Shown in pieces: positions 1 to 9,348 of a stretch of DNA of 64,000 nt. This DNA is from Candidatus Magasanikbacteria bacterium RIFOXYC2_FULL_42_28 (GTDB lineage: Bacteria; Patescibacteriota; Patescibacteriia; Magasanikbacterales; GWA2-37-8). Position numbers and translations under genes: made by a program. Under the pieces are notes generated by a model. The model saw only the letters and a program-made list of their open reading frames with translations, ran no database searches and was not told where the DNA came from. How positions within the stretch are numbered: the stretch's first letter is position 1; each line of letters opens with the position of its first letter. The DNA lies in NCBI GenBank assembly GCA_001784435.1, contig MFQZ01000009.1:11324-75323 (forward strand), in the 5' to 3' direction.

Positions 1-1654
1 GGACGGTAGTGCCATTAACATCCGTACCAACAACTGTAGGTACAATATTATTAGCAGTTGTAGCCCCATCAGCCTGCACATCAATGGCAGAAAAAGTAAG
101 CGCATAACGATCATCATTGCCACCATATGGCGAACCACCACCCAAAGTCGCGCGCGCAACTATTGATTTATTTGTACCTTTTGGAATTGTATATGAGCCA
201 CCACTAAATTTACCAGAATGAAAAACGGCATTACCCGAAGCATCAACCAAAACCGGACCGGCAATTTTGGTAGTCCCGGAATACAAATTAATTTCATTTA
301 TTATATCGCGAGCATTAACAGCGCCTTCAATCGCATTAGCAAAAATACCATCTACATTCTCGTCTATATAAACATGTAGCGTCAAATTTGTTAGCCGAAT
401 ATCTTCGTTTGTGCCAGCTGACAAAAGTAACCCGAGGGAGTCAATACCAGCCGAACCATCATTTATCACCGTTCGAGTTACCGGCGTCGCGGAACGAACA
501 ATAGTGAGACTGCCACTTGGTGGAACAGGCGGAGGCATGCATGCTCCACCTTTACACGTATAACCACTGGCACAAGCTACTTGTGTAGAGCTAGCGAACG
601 TATTAAAACACATTTGCTCTGAAACCGTAGTGGTGTTGACACATGAATCATAATTAGTAGTAAAGACCGTGCCTCCAACACTAATAGAAACCGAACTACT
701 GACCATAGTATTAACCCCGCCATCGCCATCCGTACAAACAATCGGTTTACAAGCACCGGCCACACAGACATCATGAAAAGCACAGGAAGTTGTAACATAA
801 GAAACCGACGAACCGAAACCACAAACTGCTTCTAGCACTCCAATTGAAGGAGTAGACGTAGAAGCACATTTATCCGGCAACGAACTCAAAATATTTCCAT
901 TATTCAAATCAACCACCTTAGCCACCGATGATATATTTACATTACCACCATCAATATCAATACATTTCTTTACCGGGCTATAAACACAACGACCGACACT
1001 ACAACTAAACCCATCCGGACAAGATAACGCAGTTTTAGAAATAACTCCGCCACTACAAGTACCTTCCGAAACTCTACCAGAACCGGTACAAGTGTCCAAA
1101 GTGGAAGAAATCATCCTACCGCCGGACCATAAGGATGTTAGATTTTGACTAATTAAATTCAACCCACCGTCAGGATCAGAACAACCATTCACACACTTAC
1201 CCCCAACTTTTTTCATTCGCGTCGGGCTATAACAAGAATAGGTATAATTACTTGAACCGGAACAACCATTATTAAAATTTTCTGTTAAAGAAATTCCATT
1301 GGCCAGTTGACGACAAGAGCCATTAACGTAAGAATCGGTAAAAGATTTGCTGGTAATGGCGCCAACGCAAGGAGCGCGCCAAATTAAGCGAAAAGTGTTA
1401 TTATTTAGACAAACATAGGTATAACCTTTTCCAGCCGTACAACTATTTAAATATTGCCGTTCCGTGGCCACGCCACCGGCAACAGCGCTACACGATGTTA
1501 CGGTCAAATAAGTTGTTGGTGGTCTAATAGGCGCGACTGCCAAAGCCACATTGCCGGCAACAGCCAAAGCCAAAGTCGCCACTGCCAATTTTAATTTCGT
1601 GACGCTACCAGTTTTTACCAGCGTCATTGTGCCCATTGTGTCGGCTGTGTCCAT
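1..1654 (-). CDS. Secreted/surface Cys-rich repeat protein (CxDxDGG repeats) with C-terminal beta-rich domain; runs off the window edge
   Basis: Manual translation from ATG 1654 is open to position 2 (absent from ORF track). Hydrophobic leader KLKLAVATLALAVAGNVALAV; repeats CSDPDGG, CIDIDGG, CTDGDGG. Confidence 0.8.
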   Translation of the reverse strand, partial: MDTADTMGTMTLVKTGSVTKLKLAVATLALAVAGNVALAVAPIRPPTTYLTVTSCSAVAGGVATERQYLNSCTAGKGYTYVCLNNNTFRLIWRAPCVGAITSKSFTDSYVNGSCRQLANGISLTENFNNGCSGSSNYTYSCYSPTRMKKVGGKCVNGCSDPDGGLNLISQNLTSLWSGGRMISSTLDTCTGSGRVSEGTCSGGVISKTALSCPDGFSCSVGRCVYSPVKKCIDIDGGNVNISSVAKVVDLNNGNILSSLPDKCASTSTPSIGVLEAVCGFGSSVSYVTTSCAFHDVCVAGACKPIVCTDGDGGVNTMVSSSVSISVGGTVFTTNYDSCVNTTTVSEQMCFNTFASSTQVACASGYTCKGGACMPPPVPPSGSLTIVRSATPVTRTVINDGSAGIDSLGLLLSAGTNEDIRLTNLTLHVYIDENVDGIFANAIEGAVNARDIINEINLYSGTTKIAGPVLVDASGNAVFHSGKFSGGSYTIPKGTNKSIVARATLGGGSPYGGNDDRYALTFSAIDVQADGATTANNIVPTVVGTDVNGTTV

Positions 1655-1705
1655 ATATTTTAAAGTTAATCCCATAAAAATGGGTAATAAATTTAATTTG
1701 CGTAT

Positions 1706-1736
1706 ATTATAACACAAATGCCCCCCCCCAGCACAA
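1706..1736 (-). promoter_or_regulatory. Putative sigma70 promoter with a G9 tract in the spacer
   Basis: Minus strand TTGTGC-19 nt (containing GGGGGGGGG)-TATAAT with extended -10 TG, upstream of ATG 1654. Confidence 0.5.
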
Positions 1737-1801
1737 TGAATTTTAAACAAGACGGTGGATAACTTTTTTTGATACTAAAATTTCTACATTAAAAAATCAA
1801 A

Positions 1802-2948
1802 CTAAAACGGCACCTCATCTTCAAGCACTTCATCTAAAGTCGTAGAATTCATACACCGACCATCATAACAAATCGGCAATTCGGTCGGACAAGTAAATAC
1901 CGAACTGGAAACAACTGGCATTGGTGAATTTGGGGCGCAATAATATTCCAATAAATTTCTATCATCTATACACTCATCTCTTTCGGTGGATATCAAAGCA
2001 TCGTTGAGATAACTTTTTGTATAACCTCGCTCACCTAAATTTTTGCCTGTATCTAAATCTTGACAACGGTGGACATTAATTGGAGTCGTAGTATTTACAC
2101 ATGCACCATCTACACAAAAAGGAGCACCAGCCGGGCAACGATACATACTATAATTAGCCATATATAGAAGGGCCGCTATAAGAACCGGCTGATTCAAACA
2201 ACATGGCCTCGATATCACTGCTATGCGCCAAAGTGGTGGTACCAACTAAACAATATTGCTCATATACAGCTCGATCGCCAGCGCACCAATCAACGCGTGG
2301 GGGCTCAAGATCAAAATGACTACCAAAACCCATTTCATAGTTGACTGCTTCTCCCTTGTAGTACAGATTCGCCCCACCATCACTATCGCGACACCGCCGA
2401 TGTTCAGGCGGATAACTAGTTAAACATTTTCCATGATAACAACCATAGGGAAGACAACGGTGTGTTGTGGTGTTAATGTCAGTGCCGGCAGTATTACAAG
2501 ATGCCTCAACTAAATCAAAAAAATTTTTACAAACATCCGCCACAGATATTCCGCCTATTACAGTAGAAGTGCCAGCAACACTATAATCATAACCACTTGG
2601 GTTATCTTCGTCAGTATTTATACAACTCACCCGACATGACCTAGAACACACCTTGTATGATTTGACCGATTCGCAAGAGTAATAATTTGATTTCTCACGT
2701 GGTGATTTAGTACGACATCTGTTATCTAAAAAAACTGGTGCACCGGAAAATGATGAGCGTCTTATATAAATTCCGTGTAACGCTGTAGTGCAAGACGCCA
2801 CCTTATATTTTACACAACCACTCATCGGAATAATTTTTGCTGGTGTAACCGCCAACACCGCCACATTCGCCGCGAGTAGCGCGAACGTCGCAACCATTAA
2901 TTTAGTATAAGTAATCGTGCTGGTTTTAACGGATGTGACAGTTTCCAT
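1802..2948 (-). pseudogene. Cys-rich surface protein paralog split by a frameshift (ORFs 2154..2948 and 1802..2245)
   Basis: Leader resembles that of the 1..1654 gene; CxDxD repeats occur in both overlapping ORFs; adding 2 nt at the (TA) run 2160-2166 fuses them. Confidence 0.7.
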
Positions 2949-3016
2949 ATTTTTTTCATCAGTAATTAATTTTGAAAAAAGCATAAAAAATTTATTAAAG
3001 AAGGCCAGAGTCAGCC

Positions 3017-4105
3017 CTACTCCGTCTCCCGCCAATCACCAACCACTTTTTTAATATCATCACTATCCACCACGAGCACCCCCATCGCCTCGGCCTGCTT
3101 TTCCAAATCCTCGCGCCGTTTGGTTAACGCCTCGGATTTTTTAGCATAAATTTTGCGATCTAATTCTTGAATTTCACTCCATAATTTAGCGGCTTCGGGA
3201 TATTTTTCACTGGCGGTTTTAAATAAGATGGCCGGCACATCGGGGTGGACATGCGACACTTTCACCATCGCACCCGATTCATCAACCACATCCAACGCCT
3301 TGTCCGGCAAACGACGCGACACAATATATTTTTGCGATAGTTTCACGGCCGCGTCAATCGCGGCATCGGTAAATTCCACTTTGTGAAATTCGCGATAGCG
3401 GTCTTTGACATTTTTTAAAATGCCGATGGTCTCGGCCTCGGTGGGCTCCCTCACTTCTACCGGCTGAAACCGACGTTCCAAACTGGCATCGGTTTTAATA
3501 TATTTTTCATATTCTTCCGGAGTGGTGGCGCCAATCATTTGTAAATCCCCGCGCGCCAAAGCCGGTTTTAAAATATCAGAAAAATTTACCGCGCCTTCGG
3601 TGCCATGCGACTGAATGATAGTATGAATTTCATCAATAAATAAAATTATCCGCCGATCAGCCCGACAAACTTCGTCAATAATTTTTTTCGCGCGCTCTTC
3701 AAATTCCCCGCGATATTTGGTACCAGAAAGCAGACCGGCGACATCCAATGATAACAACCGGTCGCCCTGTAAATGTTCCGGTACTTGTTTTTTAACAATT
3801 AAAGACGCGAGCCCTTCGACGATGGCAGTTTTGCCCACGCCCGGCGCGCCAATTAAAATGGCGTTGTTTTTTTCCCGACGCGACATCACCTGCGCCAAGC
3901 GCGTAATTTCATCTTCGCGCCCCACGACCGGATCCAAACGATTGGCCGCGGCCAAAGCAGTGAAATCCACGGTAAAAGTGGCCAGTATATCCGCGCCACC
4001 TTTTTTAAAACTGAATCCACCGCCTTCTTTGCCTTTTTTAGTGGCAAAATAAATTAAGCCGATGACAACCGCTATTAACGGGCCGACAAAATATGAATTT
4101 AACAT
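3017..4105 (-). CDS. Truncated ClpA/B/C-family AAA+ ATPase (NBD1 only) with N-terminal membrane anchor
   Basis: LDPVVGRE, GAPGVGKT, LFIDEIH, LKPALARG, RRLPDKALD motifs; N-terminal hydrophobic helix; no second NBD. Confidence 0.85.
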   Translation of the reverse strand: MLNSYFVGPLIAVVIGLIYFATKKGKEGGGFSFKKGGADILATFTVDFTALAAANRLDPVVGREDEITRLAQVMSRREKNNAILIGAPGVGKTAIVEGLASLIVKKQVPEHLQGDRLLSLDVAGLLSGTKYRGEFEERAKKIIDEVCRADRRIILFIDEIHTIIQSHGTEGAVNFSDILKPALARGDLQMIGATTPEEYEKYIKTDASLERRFQPVEVREPTEAETIGILKNVKDRYREFHKVEFTDAAIDAAVKLSQKYIVSRRLPDKALDVVDESGAMVKVSHVHPDVPAILFKTASEKYPEAAKLWSEIQELDRKIYAKKSEALTKRREDLEKQAEAMGVLVVDSDDIKKVVGDWRETE

Positions 4106-4121
4106 AAATACCAAAAAATGA

Positions 4122-5108
4122 TTAATCTTTTTTTGCTTCTGATTCAGATAGTTTTTCCCGCGCCCCTACTGCGTCAAATACCGGTTTTACATCCGGATCA
4201 TCTAAATCCATCCCTTCAATTTTACTGCGCACGATGGCGTTCCAAACATCAGTCTCACTCATTTTTAAATATTGGGCCATACCAACAATTACTTCATCCA
4301 AAAATTTTCTTTCCTTTTTATAACCATCATTAACCTCCAAAATATCCAGAACATCCTTAACCGTTTGGGGAGCATATGTTTCCCCATGGCAACGCAATAA
4401 ATACTTTTTCATTATGTCCCTAGTCAATCGTTCAGTAACAGCCTCATCAAACAATCTAAACCTCGAACTTGAAGAGCCCTGAGTTCTATCGTGTTCTGAA
4501 TAACCCCCTCTTGATTTACCCAAACGCACCGGCACCATACCATCTAACATATGTTCTATCACCCAAGCCGCCGCTCTTTTAACTATTGAATCAATCTTTT
4601 GTTCTTCTAAGAGATTATATGAAATAGCGTGAACTTTTTCGTGAATCATTGTATGTAAAACATTAGCAAACATCAAATTCTCATCAACAATCAAATGTCC
4701 TTTTGTTTTTTGCTTTTGACCGCCCTGAATCCAGGCCTTCGCAACCAAAAGCTTGGCATCCAAAAAAATTTTATTAGCGTGAGGGGAATAAAATCCATCA
4801 AAAGCGCTCCCACTTTCTTCCAGCTTTTTAAAATCTTCCACTACAACTTCGGCTTCGTTAAAATTTAATTTCTCTGGACTAACACCACTTTTCGCGCCAA
4901 TTTCTTCAAAAATATTTTGCAGTTCAACCATATTAACTCGTGACAAAAATTCCTCAACCGCTTTTGACCACACCTCAAATGAGCTCCTGTCTGATTTTTC
5001 AGTAAATAATCTTTCACGAACCGGCTCCTCTGCTTGGTCAAGCAAAGTTTGAAATCTTTCCGGTTGCATTGGCCGGCCACGAAAATCAATTATCTCTCTC
5101 GGACTCAT
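4122..5108 (-). CDS. Putative zincin-type metallopeptidase
   Basis: HEKVH (HExxH) plus downstream FDEAVTE third-ligand-like motif. Confidence 0.55.
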   Translation of the reverse strand: MSPREIIDFRGRPMQPERFQTLLDQAEEPVRERLFTEKSDRSSFEVWSKAVEEFLSRVNMVELQNIFEEIGAKSGVSPEKLNFNEAEVVVEDFKKLEESGSAFDGFYSPHANKIFLDAKLLVAKAWIQGGQKQKTKGHLIVDENLMFANVLHTMIHEKVHAISYNLLEEQKIDSIVKRAAAWVIEHMLDGMVPVRLGKSRGGYSEHDRTQGSSSSRFRLFDEAVTERLTRDIMKKYLLRCHGETYAPQTVKDVLDILEVNDGYKKERKFLDEVIVGMAQYLKMSETDVWNAIVRSKIEGMDLDDPDVKPVFDAVGAREKLSESEAKKD

Positions 5109-5189
5109 AAATATAATAAATCAAAACAACATCACTATAATACCATATCTTGCCTTTTTCCACAAAATATGGTAAATTTACCGCAAAAT

Positions 5190-6440
5190 ATGCCATTTTT
5201 TAATTTACAACACACCGACAACCGCGCCCGCGCCGGCGTTCTCCATACTGCTCATGGCGATATTGCAACGCCTTGCTTTATGCCCGTCGGCACCCAAGCC
5301 ACTGTTAAAACTTTGGATTCTTTGGATTTGGAAAATTTAAACGCGCCAATAATTTTAGGAAATACTTACCACTTGCATTTGCGTCCGGGCGAAGATTTGA
5401 TTGACACGGCCGGTGGATTACATAAATTTATGAATTGGAAACGACCGATTTTGACTGACTCGGGTGGATTTCAAGTTTTTTCACTTGGTCTACAAAAGGA
5501 CACCAAATTGTCATTTCGAACCGAGCGTAGCGAGCGTGAGAAATCTCCATCCGGTAAACAATACAATAATGGAGATCCCTCGCTTGACGCTCGGGATGAC
5601 AGCAAGAACGGCAACGAAAAACTCGTAAAAATCGACGACGACGGCGTTACCTTCCGCTCGCACATTGACGGCTCTACCCATCGCTTTACCCCCGAATCCG
5701 CCATTGAAACTCAACACAAACTCGGCGCCGATATAATCATGGCTTTTGACGAATGCACACCTGATCGGGCTTCGCCTGGCTACGCCCGACAAGCCATGGA
5801 ACGAACACATCTTTGGGCCGAGCGCTGCATTACTGAACACAAAAAAGAAACTAACCGCCACGGCTACCCCCAATTTTTATTTGGCATAATCCAAGGCGCC
5901 AACCATCAGGACTTACGCGAAGAATCTGCGAAATTTATTTGCGCGCAAGATTTTGACGGCATCGCGGTCGGCGGTGAATCTATCGGCTACAATATGGAAG
6001 CCACTGACGAAATTTTAAAATGGGTGCACCCGTATTTACCAACTAATAAACCACATTACGCAATGGGGATGGGGCTTGATCCAGCTGATTTACTCGTCGC
6101 GGTTGAAAATGGCATTGATATGTTTGATTGCGTCGCGCCGACACGATTGGCTCGGCATGGAATGATATTTACAAAAACAAAAGATAAAAGTGGTAAACAT
6201 AGAATGAATATAAAAAACAGTAGTTTTGCTACTGATTTTAGTCCGATTGAGCTGGATTGCACTTGTCACACCTGCCAAAATTACACGCGCGCGTATATCC
6301 ATCATTTATTCGCGGCCGAGGAGATGACCGCCATGCGCCTGACATCCATTCACAATTTACATTTTATGGTAGATTTGATGAAACAAACACGCGAGGCAAT
6401 TTTAAATAATAATTTTGCGGAATTTAAGAAAAATTTCTAA
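5190..6440 (+). CDS. tgt: tRNA-guanine transglycosylase with an in-frame repeat insertion
   Basis: TPCFMPVGT, GNTYHLHLRPG, LTDSGGFQVFSL, DMFDCVAPTR, CTCHTC zinc site. Start placed at MPFF. Confidence 0.95.
   Translation: MPFFNLQHTDNRARAGVLHTAHGDIATPCFMPVGTQATVKTLDSLDLENLNAPIILGNTYHLHLRPGEDLIDTAGGLHKFMNWKRPILTDSGGFQVFSLGLQKDTKLSFRTERSEREKSPSGKQYNNGDPSLDARDDSKNGNEKLVKIDDDGVTFRSHIDGSTHRFTPESAIETQHKLGADIIMAFDECTPDRASPGYARQAMERTHLWAERCITEHKKETNRHGYPQFLFGIIQGANHQDLREESAKFICAQDFDGIAVGGESIGYNMEATDEILKWVHPYLPTNKPHYAMGMGLDPADLLVAVENGIDMFDCVAPTRLARHGMIFTKTKDKSGKHRMNIKNSSFATDFSPIELDCTCHTCQNYTRAYIHHLFAAEEMTAMRLTSIHNLHFMVDLMKQTREAILNNNFAEFKKNF
5508..5601. repeat. Family A palindromic repeat (GTCAT...ATGAC), in-frame in tgt
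   Basis: ttgtcatttcgaaccgagcgtagcgagcgtgagaaatctcc...ggagatccctcgcttgacgctcgggatgaca. Confidence 0.9.
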
Positions 6441-6467
6441 GTTTGATTACACAAGCGTAATCAAACT
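6440..6467. repeat. 28-bp palindromic site, copy 1
   Basis: AGTTTGATTAC-ACAAGC-GTAATCAAACT; identical copy at 7179. Confidence 0.85.
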
Positions 6468-6580
6468 GGTGGTTTCGCTCGCCACACAACTTTATCCCAG
6501 AAAGACACTCTTGGCCGTTCGGCCTAGGTTACGCTTTCTGAAATAAAGTTGCGCGTCGAGCTCTATGGTGCATAAAACAA

Positions 6581-7048
6581 ATGAATATGAATATAAACTT
6601 AATCTGTCTAGGCAAACCCAAAGAATCCTACTGGCGCGAGGCCGAGGCCGAATACTTAAAACGGCTTTCTTCAACGTGCAAAATCACCATTCGCGAGCTA
6701 AAAGAGAGGAGTTTTAGCGAAAAAGATGACCCGACCACGATTAAACTACAAGAAGCCGAACTAATTAAAAACGAACTAAAAAATACCAAAACCGGCCCAA
6801 TTTTGGTGCTTTCAGAAAATGGCCAACAATTTTCTTCAACAAAATTTGCCGAAATATTCAAAAATTCCGCTAATTTTACACTAATTATCGGTGGACCGCT
6901 GGGATTAGATGAATCAATTATTAAACTGGCGGACAAAGTAATTTCACTGTCTCCCCTAACTTTTACCCACCAAATGGCGCGAGTGGTGCTGTGGGAGCAG
7001 GTTTATCGGGCGCAGATGATAAATAGCGGGCGAAGATATCATTATTGA
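6581..7048 (+). CDS. rlmH: 23S rRNA pseudouridine-1915 N3-methyltransferase
   Basis: IIGGPLGL, SLSPLTFTHQMARVVLWEQVYRA, C-terminal RYHY. Confidence 0.95.
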   Translation: MNMNINLICLGKPKESYWREAEAEYLKRLSSTCKITIRELKERSFSEKDDPTTIKLQEAELIKNELKNTKTGPILVLSENGQQFSSTKFAEIFKNSANFTLIIGGPLGLDESIIKLADKVISLSPLTFTHQMARVVLWEQVYRAQMINSGRRYHY

Positions 7049-7054
7049 CGAGCG

Positions 7055-7172
7055 AAATGTCAAATTTCCAATTTCCAATGTCAAACCAAATCCAAATTTC
7101 AAATAACAAATACCGAATTTGACATTTTTACTTTGACATTGATTGGAAATTGGAAATTTGGATTTTGAAATT
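7055..7172 (+). repeat. Family B heptamer-built palindrome
   Basis: aaatgtcaaatttccaatttccaatgtcaaa...tttgacatt...ggaaatttggattttgaaatt, just after the rlmH stop. Confidence 0.9.
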
Positions 7173-7178
7173 ATCACA

Positions 7179-7206
7179 AGTTTGATTACACAAGCGTAAT
7201 CAAACT
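7179..7206. repeat. 28-bp palindromic site, copy 2, followed by DnaA boxes (tgtggataa at 7206 and ~7238)
   Basis: Identical to 6440..6467. Confidence 0.85.
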
Positions 7207-7293
7207 GTGGATAACTCTGGGTATAAGTCGCCTTTTCTGTGGATAACACTTCGCTAATTTTAGCCAAAAAATATTTTCGGCAATAAAAAACTA

Positions 7294-7321
7294 AATTTGT
7301 ATACACAAGCGTATACAAATT
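7294..7321. repeat. 28-bp palindromic site, variant copy 3
   Basis: AATTTGTATAC-ACAAGC-GTATACAAATT: same centre, symmetric arm changes. Confidence 0.75.
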
Positions 7322-7395
7322 TTTTGATATTTTAAACACTTTTAATCAATAATTTGGCTAATATATAACAAAAACTGCTCGCCTGCCCCACCCCC

Positions 7396-7424
7396 TTGAC
7401 AAAACTATAAATATGTGCTATAAT
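7396..7424 (+). promoter_or_regulatory. Consensus sigma70 promoter
   Basis: TTGACA-17 nt-TATAAT. Confidence 0.85.
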
Positions 7425-7430
7425 ATCTTT

Positions 7431-7756
7431 GTAGTTCATTCTACAATTCAAGTTTCACTTCTGTGAAACACCCTCACGAAACTGCCATTTATGACAAGAA
7501 ATGGACTTATCACTGTAAAAACTTCAAAAAACAGCTAACAGTGATAATCCGCACTTCTTGCCTGGTATCCCCAATTTTACATTCGTCTGCGTTTTCCGCG
7601 ACAAATGTCCGGGGTAATACCTCTCAGGTGGTCGGAGGGTAACTCTGTCCGATGATTGACATTTTTCCCTAACGGGATTGATATCTCGTCGCGATGGTTT
7701 TACTAAAGGGCTAGAGCCTTAAAATTATTTTTATCGGGTCACTATGCCCTTTTTTT
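7431..7756 (+). ncRNA. Candidate structured ncRNA or leader (unclassified)
   Basis: Follows a perfect promoter; no sizeable ORF; multiple helices with G-U pairs on the + strand; ends in a hairpin plus T7. Confidence 0.55.
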
Positions 7757-7786
7757 AATCCAATTTTTTTGGTATACTTATCTCAT

Positions 7787-8263
7787 ATGAAACCATCACT
7801 TCTCACCGGCTTTAGTTTTGGCCTAACCTCGGCCACCATCACCACTCTGGGGCTAATGGTTGGTTTGCAGTCCGGCACTAATTCCAAATTGGCGGTTTTG
7901 GGTGGCGTCCTGACTATCGCCATTGCCGATGCTTTTTCCGATGCGCTTGGGATTCATATTTCCGAAGAATCCAAGCTGGACAGTAACGCTAAGCACATCT
8001 GGGAAGCAACCGCATCCACTTTTTTATCAAAATTCTTATTCGCGTTAACTTTTTCCATACCATTTTTCTTTTTGTCATTAACCACGGCCGTTATCGTCAG
8101 CATTATTTGGGGCATAGTACTGCTGGGAGTGTTTAGTTATCATATCGCCAAAGCGAACGGCGCCCGGCCCGGCCCGGTCATTGTTGAACATTTGGGAATC
8201 GCCACGGCCGTTATTATTATCACCCATTTTGTCGGTAAGGCGATCAACACCTTTTTTGGATAA
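7787..8263 (+). CDS. VIT1/CCC1-family membrane protein
   Basis: FGLTSATITTLG, IAIADAFSDALGIHISEES; about 5 TM segments. Confidence 0.75.
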   Translation: MKPSLLTGFSFGLTSATITTLGLMVGLQSGTNSKLAVLGGVLTIAIADAFSDALGIHISEESKLDSNAKHIWEATASTFLSKFLFALTFSIPFFFLSLTTAVIVSIIWGIVLLGVFSYHIAKANGARPGPVIVEHLGIATAVIIITHFVGKAINTFFG

Positions 8264-8350
8264 TAAAAAAAGACACGGGTGGCTATTGACTACCAAAACG
8301 AAATATCGTATAATCTCTCAATAAGAGCGGACGACCTCTAACTTTAATTT

Positions 8351-8737
8351 ATGACAAAAACTACTTACACTAAAGAATTTTTAGACAAAATAAAAAAATC
8401 CCTCACTGCCGAAAAGGCGCGTTTAGAGGCGGATTTAGCTAAATTCACTACCAAAAATACTCACACTTCCGATGATTACGACAGCACCTTTCCGTCTTAT
8501 GGCGATAAGGAAGATGAAAACGCCAACGAAGTCGCGGACTACGCGGCCAATTTAACTTTGGAGGACTCTTTGGAAAAAACCTTACGCGATGTCAACCAAT
8601 CGCTTGATCGCTTAAAAAAAGGCACCTACGGCGTTTGCAAATACTGCAAAAAGGAAATTGGGATAAAACGTTTAGAAGCGCGCACTACTTCCAGCGCCTG
8701 CGTGGAATGCAAAAAAGCGATTACCCAAGAAGTTTAA
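8351..8737 (+). CDS. DksA/TraR C4 zinc-finger protein
   Basis: GTYGVCKYCKKEIGIKRLEA...CVEC preceded by a coiled coil. Confidence 0.9.
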   Translation: MTKTTYTKEFLDKIKKSLTAEKARLEADLAKFTTKNTHTSDDYDSTFPSYGDKEDENANEVADYAANLTLEDSLEKTLRDVNQSLDRLKKGTYGVCKYCKKEIGIKRLEARTTSSACVECKKAITQEV

Positions 8738-8742
8738 ATTAT

Positions 8743-9180
8743 ATGTGGAGGCAAAAATCCCTGACCATAATTTTGGCGGGATTTTTTTTGTCACTGGACC
8801 AATTTCTAAAATACCGCGCACTGGGCGCTTGGCCGGAAAAAATTCTGTTAAACAAATTCTTCGGCTGGCAACCGTTTTTAAATGACGGCGTGGCGTTTGG
8901 TTTGCCCGTGCCAATGGTGATTATTACGGTGATGTCAATTTTGATAATCGCGATGTTTGTATTCTTGTTGACACGCGATGATAAAATAAAAAACAATTTT
9001 GGGATTTTTGCTTGCTTATCAATTGCCACCGCCGGCGCGCTCTCCAATTTAATTGACCGAATAATTTACGGACACACCGTTGATTATATTTTAATTTTTA
9101 CGGGGATTATTAATTTAGCGGATGTTTTGATTGTGATGGGGGTGGGTGGCTATATTTGGTATAAGAAAAACGATAAATAG
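8743..9180 (+). CDS. lspA: Signal peptidase II
   Basis: DQFLK, NDGVAFG, GALSNLIDR, VDYI, NLAD. Start at MWRQ. Confidence 0.85.
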   Translation: MWRQKSLTIILAGFFLSLDQFLKYRALGAWPEKILLNKFFGWQPFLNDGVAFGLPVPMVIITVMSILIIAMFVFLLTRDDKIKNNFGIFACLSIATAGALSNLIDRIIYGHTVDYILIFTGIINLADVLIVMGVGGYIWYKKNDK

Positions 9181-9204
9181 ATACCTTTTAATTTCCAAAT
9201 CCAC

Positions 9205-9303
9205 TTGTCATTCCGACAACGAAGGAGGAATCTCTATCCCGTTGGCTATTGCAGGCCAAATGGAGATCCCTCGTCGGATGCGAATCCTCACTCGGGATGA
9301 CAA
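9205..9303. repeat. Family A repeat (intergenic, 99 bp)
   Basis: ttgtcattccgacaacgaaggaggaatctc...ggagatccctcg...ctcgggatgacaa. Confidence 0.9.
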
Positions 9304-9348
9304 AAAACGCTTGGTAACCAAAAAATAATTAGTTAATTTTCAACAACT

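Noticed and set aside
7452-7469. parS-like GTTTCAC-TTCT-GTGAAAC
   Set aside because: A 4-nt central insertion breaks the spacing; more likely a hairpin in the ncRNA candidate.
9146-9328. 60-aa ORF
   Set aside because: Largely a translation of the family A repeat, and it overlaps lspA.
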